This document shows, piece by piece, positions 1-10,789 of a stretch of 64,000 nt of DNA. The stretch lies in contig NC_068981.1 of the NCBI RefSeq assembly GCF_001194135.2, positions 9,047,508 to 9,111,507 of the forward strand, read 5' to 3'. The position numbers and the translations under genes are program-made. The notes under the pieces were generated by a model. The model was not told the origin of the DNA. It did no database searches and worked only from the letters and a program-made list of their open reading frames with translations. Every line of letters starts with the position of its first letter. Position 1 is the first letter of the stretch. Origin of the DNA: Octopus bimaculoides (lineage: Eukaryota).

Positions 1-905
1 GTACACAAAATAGACTCCTTCATATGTCAAGTGAGATCCTCAGAAGCAGTAGACAGTTTCCGTCACTTAGGTGACCCAAGTCAGTTGTGGGGATGGTTGT
101 TCCAAAAGCATAGGTGTTAGAATAAGAATAGGCTAGGCAAAGATCAGAGAACTACTACTTCTGTTAGTAACAAAGGGCTTCTTCCTCAGACTGTACGATG
201 CCTGTGTATGAACAGCTATGCTACACGACAGTGAGACACGGGCTGTGGCTACTGAGGATATGAGAAGACTTGAAAGAAATGAAGCTGGTATGCATCACTG
301 GATGGGTAATGCCAGTGTGCATATATGACAGAGTGTAAGTGGTTTGAGAGAGAAATTGGGTATACGTAGCATCAGATGTAGCATGCAAGAGAGAGGACTG
401 CACTGGTATGGCCATGTTATGTGTCTGAATGAAGACAGTTGCATCAAGAGATGCCAATCTCTAATTGGGAAGGGAACGTATGGACATGTAGACCCAGGAA
501 GACATGGTGAGAAAGGATTTACAAATGTTGGGACACAGAGAGGGGATGACAAGGGACCAAGACACCTGGCAGTTTGCTAAGCTTGAAAAGATATGTCAAG
601 CTAAGTAAAAACATGGCTGCCCTTGCATACAGTCTCGTCCCCTGCAATAGTCTCCAGCTGAGCATCCCTAAACTTGTGGGCTTGTGGGTGTTGGTCCCAC
701 ATAAAAAGTACCTGTGCTGGTACTGCGTAAAAGCATCCAGTCGACTGTGTAAAGTGGTTGGCATCTGGAAGGGCATCCAGCTATAGAAACTATGCCAAAA
801 CAGACATGGGAGCTTGAACAGCCCTTCAGTTGGTCAGCTCCTCTCAAACCATCCAACCCATGCATGCAATGGAAAATGGATATATGATGATGATGATGGT
901 GATGA
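1..905 (+). mobile_element. Degenerate RTE LINE 3' portion with 3' UTR and (GAT)n tail
   Basis: ORF piece REKLGIRSIRCSMQERGLHWYGHVM, the tail motif ggttggca..ggaagggcatccagc, and gatgatgat. Confidence 0.85.
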
Positions 906-980
906 TAAACATAAAAAAAAAAACATATAGTAAAATATGAGACTAAAAGTGGTATTTCTAGCTAAGACTGTAATACTCAC

Positions 981-1090
981 CTTTCAATTAAAGCAATAAT
1001 AATGTTATTAATGTTTACAGATTGTTGCAATTCAGCACAGGCCCTCAAGAAACCATTCAGAGTCTGAAGATGGAATTCATCAGGGAAGAC
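981..1090 (-). CDS. VPS35: VPS35 exon 8 ([37 protein letters not shown]); the gene continues beyond the left edge
   Basis: ttgtag acceptor, gtgagt donor, 110 nt. Matches human [37 protein letters not shown]. Confidence 0.96.
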
Positions 1091-1854
1091 CTACAATGAC
1101 AACAGAAATAAAGATTAATTTATAAAATGTGTTGGTGTTTCTCAGGCAACTTGGTTGGATTTTAAGAAGATAACAGGGTAATTCCTTTAGTAGGATAGGT
1201 AAGAGGGAAAGATCATCATAATCGAGAGAAAATATATATTTGAACTTTTTTATTTTATTTTTGTTTTCTCTCATCTTCCACCCGACCTATCCTACTAACA
1301 ACATTACCCAGTTATCTTAATAAAATTTGTAAAAGATTCTTTTAAATAAATAAAATTCAGTCATCATTCAGTTAAATTCATAGCTCTTAATTAGTTTATT
1401 TTATTCCAGTTTAATTAAGGACAGTGGTTAGGGTAGATTCATTAGGCTCAGAAAAGAACTTTTTTTGTGGTTTCTGCTTCACAAACTTATGTTCTGAGCT
1501 CAAATCTCATTCATGTCAACTTTGCTTTTCATTGTTCTGATGATGATGATGATGATGATGATAGAAAACAGTTTTAATAACTGTCTACAGATCTGTTAAG
1601 AATCACTAAATATAGTAATTTACAGAACAAAAACACTTGAATGAATAATGAAGAGTGGCCAAGAAGTTTAACTTAAAACGGATGCAGAAACAATGACTTA
1701 GAAATAATGGATGACATTTGGATCTGTCAGGAAATATCAATGTAAACATTGGGGAGGATGAGTCACAAAAAGGTAACGTTTCACAAAGGTCTCTTTCTAC
1801 AGAAACAACATCAAAGAGCCCCCCCTCCCACTGCTTTTGTAAACCAATTTGACA

Positions 1855-2070
1855 GGCTTCTGGAGAATTTTGTTATACAACTGGCACCCGTGCCAGTGGC
1901 ATGTAAAAGCACCCATTATACTTTTGGAATTGCTGGAACTAGGAAGGGCATCCAGCCATAGAAACTATGCCAAATCAGACTGGGGTCTGATGCAGCCCCT
2001 CGGCTTACCAGCCCTAGTCAAACTGTCCAACCCATGCCAGCATGGACAATGGACGTTAAATGATGATGAA
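1855..2070 (+). mobile_element. RTE-tail short copy
   Basis: aggaagggcatccagccatagaaactatgcc...caacccatgccagcatgg...gttaaatgatgatg. Confidence 0.8.
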
Positions 2071-2181
2071 ATATATTTGATTTGATATAATATTTTGATC
2101 AATATGTTCCGCACTGTGATTAACCGATTTCAAATAATTGTTTCTGTGCAGCAATAATGTAATCAAATGAAGAATTCTTAC

Positions 2182-2262
2182 CTGTATAATACACTCCATG
2201 ATGTATTCTTGGGCAATGGCATCACGGCAACTCACAACCTGTTCCAAAATGCCAGGCATCAC
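2182..2262 (-). CDS. VPS35: VPS35 exon 7 ([27 protein letters not shown])
   Basis: attttag acceptor, gtaaga donor, 81 nt. Confidence 0.95.
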
Positions 2263-2644
2263 CTAAAATAGGAAAATTTCAGCTGCCAGTGATAACCTTT
2301 TCGCAAAAACAAAAGAGGTAATTTTCATATATTTTTTTAGAAAATTCTTAGTTTTCTTTGTTCCAAGAAAACTGACAGAAAGAACATATCATTTATTTTG
2401 GCTTATTTTAATTTCTTAACAGACTTTTTCTCGGAATTTGGACAATTGTATAATGTTAGATTTAAGTATGGTTTAATTTCAGTAATCAAACAAGAACCAG
2501 TGTCTTCAATTCACGTCCAACCCATGTCAGCATGGAAATCCAACATTAAATGATGTTCATGATGACATTGGAGTTTTGACAGCTGAATGTCCGAACTGCA
2601 GGTCATTTCAGCCTGAAAGAAAAAGTGTTAAGTAAGTTGCTACA

Positions 2645-2850
2645 TAAAAAAGCCCCTGTGCTGGGGCCATGTGAAGGGCACCCAGTGGAGCACTCTGTAA
2701 AGTTGTTGGCATTAAGAAGAAGGGCATCCAACTGTAGAAACCCTGCCAGCACAGACAACTAGAACCTGATGCAGCTCTCTGGCTTGTCAGCTACAGTCAA
2801 ACCATCCAACCCAGCATGGAAAACGGGCATCAAATGATGGTGATGACTTT
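2645..2850 (+). mobile_element. RTE-tail short copy
   Basis: Same conserved tail, ending in aatgatggtgatga. Confidence 0.75.
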
Positions 2851-2891
2851 ACCCATGAAACAAAACATGAAGCTGTATTAAGTATTCACAA

Positions 2892-4105
2892 CCATCATCA
2901 TCATCATTTAACGTCCGTTATCCATGCTGGTATGGGTCGGATGGTTTGATCAGGGCTGGTAAGTTGAGGGGCTGCACCAGATTCCAGTCTGATTTGACAT
3001 GGTTTCTACAGCTGGATGCCCTTCCTAATGCTAACCAAGAGTGTAAAGGGCACTTTTACGTGCCACTGGTACAGGTACCACTTGCACAACATCAGTATCT
3101 ACCACAACAATGATTTCGCTTGAATGCTGAAGGTCTCAGTCATTAATCATTGCCTCCAAGAGACCCAATGCTTGAAATGCACCTTTTACGTGCCACTGGC
3201 ACAGGTGCTAGTTACATGACCTGGCATCAGCCACCTGGCCTCCATGAGGCCCAACGCTTGAAAGGTGCTTTTCACGTGCCACTAGCACGGGTGCCAGTTA
3301 TGTGACACCAGCATTGGTCACAATTACAATTTCACTTGGCTTGACAGATCTTCTCAAGCATGGCATATTGCCAAGGGTCTCAGTCACAAGTCAGTGCCTC
3401 CGTTCGAAGATCATGCTTCATCACCTCATCCAATGTCTTCCTGGATCTACTCCTTCCACAATTAAAGATTGGCACTTCTTTACACAGCTGTCCTCATCCA
3501 TACCAGTGCAGTTATCTCTTTTGCACACCACATCTGATGCCAAACTTTTCTATCAAGATGCTTACACTCTGTCGTACATACCACTGACATTGCACATCCA
3601 GTGAAGCATGCTGGCTTCATTTCTTTCAAGCCTACATGTCCTCAGCAGTCACAGCCCATGTTTCACTGCCGTGTAACATAGCTATTTGCACATAGGTATC
3701 ATACAGTCTATCTTTCATTCTGAGGGAGAGGCCCTTTGTTGCCAACAGAGGTAGGAGTTCTCTGAACCTGACCTAGCCTACACTCTCAGAGCATCCACAT
3801 CCACTACTGACTTGGTCACCTAGATAAAGGAAGCTATTACCCACTAGCTTACCCCACTGGCATTTGATGGAGTCTATTTTCTGTACACTTTAATGTTTAT
3901 TGTACCTGTACACCTTCCACACACAAAAACCAGTTTCCTTATTAACCTTCCTCTGATAACTGCTGCACATTTTATGTGTCCATCGCTTACACAAGGTACA
4001 TCTTGTGGAATTTCTACCTACACCTCTTCTATAGATTGAGCAAGGCCATCTACCTGAAGGCATTAGTGATTTGTCTGCTTTCCTACTTACTAAGACTTAT
4101 TAATT
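2892..4105 (-). mobile_element. 5'-truncated RTE LINE (PHD-bearing family) in VPS35 intron 6
   Basis: (CAT)n tail, hairpin modules, RT C-terminal remnant, and a decayed PHD (GRWPCSI..RCTLCKRWTHKMC) near 3930-4060. Confidence 0.85.
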
Positions 4106-4445
4106 GTAAAAATAAACCACAAACAAAAAACAACAATATTAATGGCAATCAGATATAGTCATTCAACAATGCTAAATCACCTCATCCAAGTATCGGTAAG
4201 ATGAAGGTATGTAATTAAATTCAGCCTTAATTAATTTAGTACAGAAAGTAATATTTGTTTGTGTTGGACAGTTAACTAATATTTAAAGCCAGACTTGATA
4301 CGTGGGTGTGAACCTAAGACCAACTTGTATGACTGAACGTAGAATTTTTTTTGAAAGGAGACAGGAGTTATTACATAAATAACTTTTATCAAATGAAGCA
4401 ACAAGAAACAATTCTCTATTAAATAAAAAAAAAAAAAAACATTAC

Positions 4446-4662
4446 CTTTTTATATTTGTCCACATCAATTGTTTCTAATTGACTCAAGCGAACGAGATTG
4501 GTTCCAACCAAGATACGCAATTCTCGTCTCTCTTGCTCACGTTTGTCTTTATCACGAGAATGGCCTTGGTGTTGCATGCGGACCCATAATTTATTCATTT
4601 CAGAGAAATTCAGCAGGATGAAGTCTATGGAATCACGTATAGACCCATAGTCTCCCTCACCA
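4446..4662 (-). CDS. VPS35: VPS35 exon 6 (..[63 protein letters not shown])
   Basis: ttttag acceptor, gtaatg donor, 217 nt; seen in ORF 4419..4718. Confidence 0.97.
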
Positions 4663-4849
4663 CTAAAAGAAAAAAAATTGAAAATTTTTAAGTTCTTTAT
4701 CAAAAGGTTTTGTTTCAAACCAAATGGTTTTGGTTTTGCTTTTTTTATTTCTTAATCCAGAGACTAACAATAACAAGTGAATCACTCTGTCTCTTTACAT
4801 ACCTGTCCCCTCTGTTATATGCTAACCTCTTACCTGACACACAGCTACT

Positions 4850-5080
4850 TCCCCTCGATTCTGCTCCCTCTCTCTCTCATCTGAGAGGTCTTTGTCTTGC
4901 AAGCCATTCGGCAACCCTGCTGGTGCTGGGGCCACACAGAAAGCACCCAGAACACACTGTAAAGTAGTTGGCATTAGGAAGAGCAACCAGCAGACAATAG
5001 ACCCGGGTGTAGTTCTCTGGCTTGCCAAATCATCCAACCCATGCCAGCATCAAAAACAGACATCAAATGATGATGATAAT
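4850..5080 (+). mobile_element. RTE-tail SINE-like copy
   Basis: gctggggccacacagaaagcacccag..gttggcattagg..caacccatgccagcat..gatgatgat. Confidence 0.75.
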
Positions 5081-6844
5081 GTATGTATGTATATCATCAT
5101 TATTTACCATTTATCTTCCATACTGGCATAGTTCATCAAGGTCCAATGAGCAGGGCTATTTTCTCTAATGCCTGCTTTGGCAAGGTGTCTCTACACCAAT
5201 CATTTTACAGAGGGTACCTTTTTTTCTTTTTATGGCACTGGCACTAATGAAGTGACCATGTACCTCACAAGATTAATATTCCCCTTGACTAAGTAGAGGT
5301 ACAGTAAAGCACAAAGTAGCTTTATTCTAGGTGTTGAATGGTTGAAAGAAGGGACAGGAAGAGGTTTCTTGCAACAGGGCTGATACATGCCTACCTTATA
5401 TTATAGAAAAGTAGGTGGGAGTAATTAAGGCTGAAAACGATAAAAATTGGGAGCAACAAGGTGTGGGAGTGAGTACTCAAGATAAATAGGGGAGAGACAG
5501 AAGAACAGGAAGGGTAGATGGGTGGGTAGAGAGTATGCAGACATGTTGATGATGATGATGATATCCATCATCATTTTACATTTGCATTTTCCTGCTGACC
5601 TAAGTTAGACAAATCAGTGGTTATTATTCATAAATTTACGACCTTCCTAGATGAGATCCCCAACTATTTTTAGAATGGTTTCTTCAGCTGGACGTCATTT
5701 TTAATGCCAATATTTTACAGAGTTACTCGATCCATTTTATCAGGCTCTCAGAATAAGAGAGGCTGTCTTGTCTCAGGCAGATCTAAAGACACCCCACTCA
5801 CTACCATATCTTGTCTCTATTCAATGTAACATGACAAAGAGGAGGGATAGAAGAGTGATGAGAGAGAATTAGGATCAGAAGAGGATGGAAAAGAGACCAA
5901 AGTGGAAGAAAAAAAGGGATCAAGACTGAAAGGGGACAAAGGATAATGTAACATTTAAAAAAAAATGTAAGTAGTTCTTAACTTTTCATTTCTGCTGAAA
6001 CTATATATAGAGTCTGATAAAGGCAAGCAGGGTAAAACTTCAAAGTCACTGTCAACTGCTTCTTTATAAAAGTTTAATAAATATTTGCGTAATCCTTCAG
6101 TTTAATGTTAAATTGTTTTTACATATAACAACATCAAAAAAATAAACAATCCACACACATACAGACACAATATAAGGAGTGGCAACATACTGGAATAAAG
6201 CTTTGCAAACAAGTAGTAATTGAAAGCCAAGCTCTAGAGTACCCTGTCAAAAATGGTCTTAATAATTAATCATTTACTCCAACCAATCCTGCATTAATCA
6301 TCAAACAGTAAATGAAGAAGACTTACTTTCTTTCTCTGCCATCTACATGCTTTGGGCTCCAAACCTCTTGATTGTTGGCAGAATTTCTAGAAAGCAATAA
6401 TCAGAAATTGACTGAGAATGATTCCAAAAATGATGTTTTGTAATATTACAGTTCATAGTTTGTCTGAAAGTTATTAAAATTTCATAGAATATTGACAAAT
6501 AGTGGGGGGGGGGTCATTTGATGAGAGGTTTAGTGATGGGTTCTAGGAGTATATCATCGGATGAGCCCTTCCTTTTAAGTTCATAGGAAGTGATTTGAGG
6601 GAGATTTGTCTCCTATTTCAAGTAGATTAAGCCAACACATTCAGGTTGCTTTGTTGAATGAGTGACTACAATAAAGTCATCACAGAAATCAAACAAACTG
6701 CCTGCCCTGGGGATGCAGTCAGCAATGTTTATGCATTGATGAGATTTAATTTGTTAATCTTACAATTAAGGTGGGGAGCTAGCAGGAATCCTTACCACAC
6801 TGGACTAAAGGCTTAGCGGCATTTCTTTGACTTCAACATTCTTG

Positions 6845-6915
6845 AGTTCAAATGCCACTGAGGTTTTCATTGCTTTTCATCCTTTCGGGGTTGATAAAAT
6901 GAGTACGAGTTGAGC
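6845..6915 (+). mobile_element. Deu/Nin-domain SINE fragment
   Basis: gttcaaatgcc (B-box) followed by cttttcatcctttcggggttgataaaatgagtac. Confidence 0.65.
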
Positions 6916-6954
6916 ACTCAGGTTTAAATTGTTGGCTTTTGTCCTTATTGCCGT

Positions 6955-7125
6955 CTAACGTCTGCTTTCCATGCTGGTATGGGTTGGACAGCTTGACTGA
7001 AAACTGGTAAGCCAGGGGGCTGTACCAGATTCCAATCTGATTTGGCAAGGTTTCTATGGCTGGATGCCCTTCCTAATACCAACCACTCTGAGAGTGTAGT
7101 GGGGGTTTTCTGTATGCCATATGCC
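6955..7125 (-). mobile_element. RTE-tail short copy
   Basis: Reverse complement of the conserved tail. Confidence 0.8.
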
Positions 7126-7261
7126 AACATATGAAACCAGTATTTCATAAACAATGCAGAATTTCTATTTGAAAATAATATTTGGAGGTTTAAAATATAT
7201 ATTTCATCAAATATAAATATTTCTTTACAAAGTGATCCAATCAAAAGAACATAAATAATTA

Positions 7262-7549
<288 letters not shown>

Positions 7550-8926
7550 TCAAATATCAATCACAATAATTAGCTATAACAGCAGATTGCAGCTTCACTT
7601 GTCCATTTCAACTTTTACATCCCCTAAGGATATATATCATCACTGATTAATGTCTGCTTTCCATGCTGGCATGGGTTGGATGGTTTGACTGATAACTGGT
7701 AAGCCAGGAAGCTGCACCAATAATTATACACACACACACACACACATACATATATATAACCTATACAATATATAAGGTTTTGAATTTATCAACTTCTATT
7801 CAGATTTTTTTTAAAGAAAACATTTCCTCGCTGAAGTAACCAGCAAAATGTCTCTGTGACACATGCCTTCTTCACTTGGATTTGAAAGAGTAAAGTATTC
7901 AAGACAATGGGAAATGTGTATTGTGATATTCATTCCTTTTCCAAGGGTAGCATGCAGTAAATAGAGTAAACTACATCTAAGAATCAAAACCATAGCGAAA
8001 AACCTGTTTTACATGTTTTTCTCATTGACAGAATTAATATTGTGCTTTTGTACAATCAAAATATTACCAAATGTAACAAAAAAAAAAAAGGCTCATACAT
8101 TTTCAGGGAATTATTTGAAAAATGGGATCTTTTCTATTTGGCTGCCAAGGTTTCAAAAATTAAAGTTTATTGAAAATTTTAAAATTTGGTACATTAATGC
8201 ATTTTTCCAAGCTGAATTGCTGGAGATATTTCACTTTTCCAGAAAAATTTAAAAAAAAAAAAGTTATAGATCTTTAAAGTTTGACATTTTTTACCCAGTC
8301 AGGAAGCAGGATTTGGAAACTGTCATTTTCTTTTGTCACTATCCTAAAAATAGCACATGTTGTCAATATTTGTATTCTACATGCGAAAAATGAGTAAACA
8401 ACTTGTCTTTTGTAGTTTTAAGCATTCAATATGCATTTAATGTGATCTCCATTATAGATGTGAGGTTACCGGAGCTTGCTGCCATAATCAGGCAGAACAG
8501 TAAAATTTCCAGGCGGGTAAAACAGTAGAACAGGTGGTTTCAATATATTTGTCAACACAGGTTTTCTCGCAGACAAAAGAGTTCTCATATTCAGCTTGTT
8601 ACTATGGAAACAGGCATGCATGTGTCTGCGGCTTACGATTGGCTAAAATTACCCAAAATTTTCAAACTTTAATTACTAATAACTCTTTATTTATTGATTT
8701 ATAGCAAAAGTGATTTTCATGGCATTGATCAGCTTATAAAAGTGTATCATTATACTGAATATGAAATCAATGTGAACAGAAATTGAAATTAGCAGCCAAA
8801 CGGAAAAGATCCCAAAAATGTATAAATTTAGAGGAATAAATTTCTTAAGTCCCTAACAACATTTTAAAGAAAAACTAGAATCCAGTCATTTACCCACAAA
8901 TCACTTGAAAAGGAAAGAATACTTAC

Positions 8927-9050
8927 AGGCGTGGCACTATATTGCCAGCATATTGTACAAGTTCATACAAGTCAGCAACTTTTCGACCTTTCTGGAACTC
9001 TTCTACAAGATAGAGCTCCAAATGACGCAATTCATCAGAGATGGCCATAT
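8927..9050 (-). CDS. VPS35: VPS35 exon 4 ([42 protein letters not shown])
   Basis: 124 nt, gtaagt donor, contains the conserved PRL(YL) motif. Keeping the frame forces the acceptor to be TG at 9052-9051. Confidence 0.93.
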
Positions 9051-9703
9051 CAAAGGAAAGTCAAAGAAAAACACAACCATAGGCTTAGAGCTACATTTAG
9101 AGCTTCTCATATAAGAAATAAGAAATCACAGCAAAAAAAAAATAATTCTATTTAGCAATTAGTTTTATTTTTTCTCTTTTTACTTGTTTCCGTCAGCCAT
9201 GCTAGGGCTCTACCTTCAAGAATTTTAATCAAATGAATCAACCCCCAGTACTTACTTTTTTAAAGCCTGGTGTTTATTCTATCAGTGTCTTTTTGCCAAA
9301 CTGCTAGGTTACAGGGATGTAAACACACCAACATCAGTTGCCAAGTGGTGGAGGGGACAAACACAGACACAAAAGCACACACACACACACACAGATACAC
9401 GACAAGCTTCTTTCAGTTTCCATCAACCAAATCCATGGCTGTAGTGGAAAACACTTGTACAAAGCGCCACATAGTAGGACCACTCGGCCATGCCTCTATC
9501 ATCATTTTACTGATTGGAGTAGAGTATGATAAAAAGATTTCACAAAAACACTGACATTAAATTCATTAAGCACTGAATTTATCAGATATATTGATTAATT
9601 GGTTTTTAAAAAAAATTAATGCTTTTAATATGACAGCTCATTATTCTATGAACAGTCAGAGGTAAGACAAATATAAAAGGTGACAAACATTTAAAAAGGA
9701 TAC
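9051..9703 (-). other. VPS35: U12-type (minor spliceosome) intron 3 of VPS35 with GT-TG termini
   Basis: 5' end GTATCCTTTTT. Branch-site-like TTTTCTTTGAC at 9070-9060, with the branch A 10 nt from the exon. The intron ends in ctttcctttg. Confidence 0.85.
9175..9490 (-). mobile_element. CORE-type SINE with internal (CA)n, inside the U12 intron
   Basis: Reverse complement of the family seen at 28895-29232. Confidence 0.7.
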
Positions 9704-9800
9704 AGAGCTCATAATAGGTCTTTGGAGACAATAAAGATGTCCTCAGCTCTCCCAGCATGTTTGAAGCATGCTTTAAGCCTTCCATTAATTTTCCTTTGTC
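9704..9800 (-). CDS. VPS35: VPS35 exon 3 ([32 protein letters not shown])
   Basis: tttag acceptor, 97 nt, followed by the U12-type donor GTATCCTTT. Near-identical to human [32 protein letters not shown]. Confidence 0.96.
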
Positions 9801-10789
9801 CTAAATATTAAAAAAAGAAAAAAAGGGGCCATAGTAAGCAATCACAGTCTATCCATATTTTGAATCCAAGGAACTAAAATTCATCAAATTGTTTCTAGTT
9901 TCAGATTTATTCCATTTCTAACATTAGTTTCTCAGGGTTAAGTTGTAGAAATATCTTTTGTTATAGATATTCAAGGAATTTTAGAGCTTTTTAAGGTGGA
10001 GAATATCTCGAGTTAAAAACATGTTAATAAGCAGTGCAATAATCAAGATGCCCTTCCTAATGCCAACCACTTTTCAGAGTGGATTGGGTACTTTTATACA
10101 TGACACCAACACCAAGTTCTGAAATACGGAGACCATTCATTAAAATATTGTTTGTAAAGAGAAATGACAAATTAGTCTTCTCAATTTCTGACAACTCATT
10201 ATTCCTGGGACAGTGAAAGTGTAAATTTGTAACTGGAAAAGGAAACTATTTGGATTGATGAGGAACAAACAGAAAGAAAAAGATGGCATCTTTTGGCTAG
10301 AATAAAGAGTGAAACTAGCTTGCAAAGATGATGTCAACTAGACAGGAACATATCTAAAGTTGTTTCCCTTTACCTACAAATAATCAAACTTCATTTCCCC
10401 TGGGAATGTAAATTAATTTTGTGAGATTAATTCTAAATTTCATAAAATTATCTCCCCACTTCTGTGGGATTTAATATCAATTACCACTAATCTTGTTTTC
10501 TTCCTCTTAGAAAATTTCATTTGATTATGAATTTTTTTTTTTTTACATGCATCATTCTGTAGATCCTCCACCCACCTCTGTTAGGAGGTGTTGATAATTA
10601 GGAACATGTATCCTGCTCATGTTGATATATTTTATCAATGTTAGTAAGGTGAAAGGTTAACAAAAGGATGAACTATGTCACACGTGTTAACAAGTCAACT
10701 ATATTTAATTAAAACTATTTAGTTCCCATCTCAAAGTTCAAATCATGCACAACTCAGCAGCTTTTTCAACTGACTTTAAAACAAAAATC

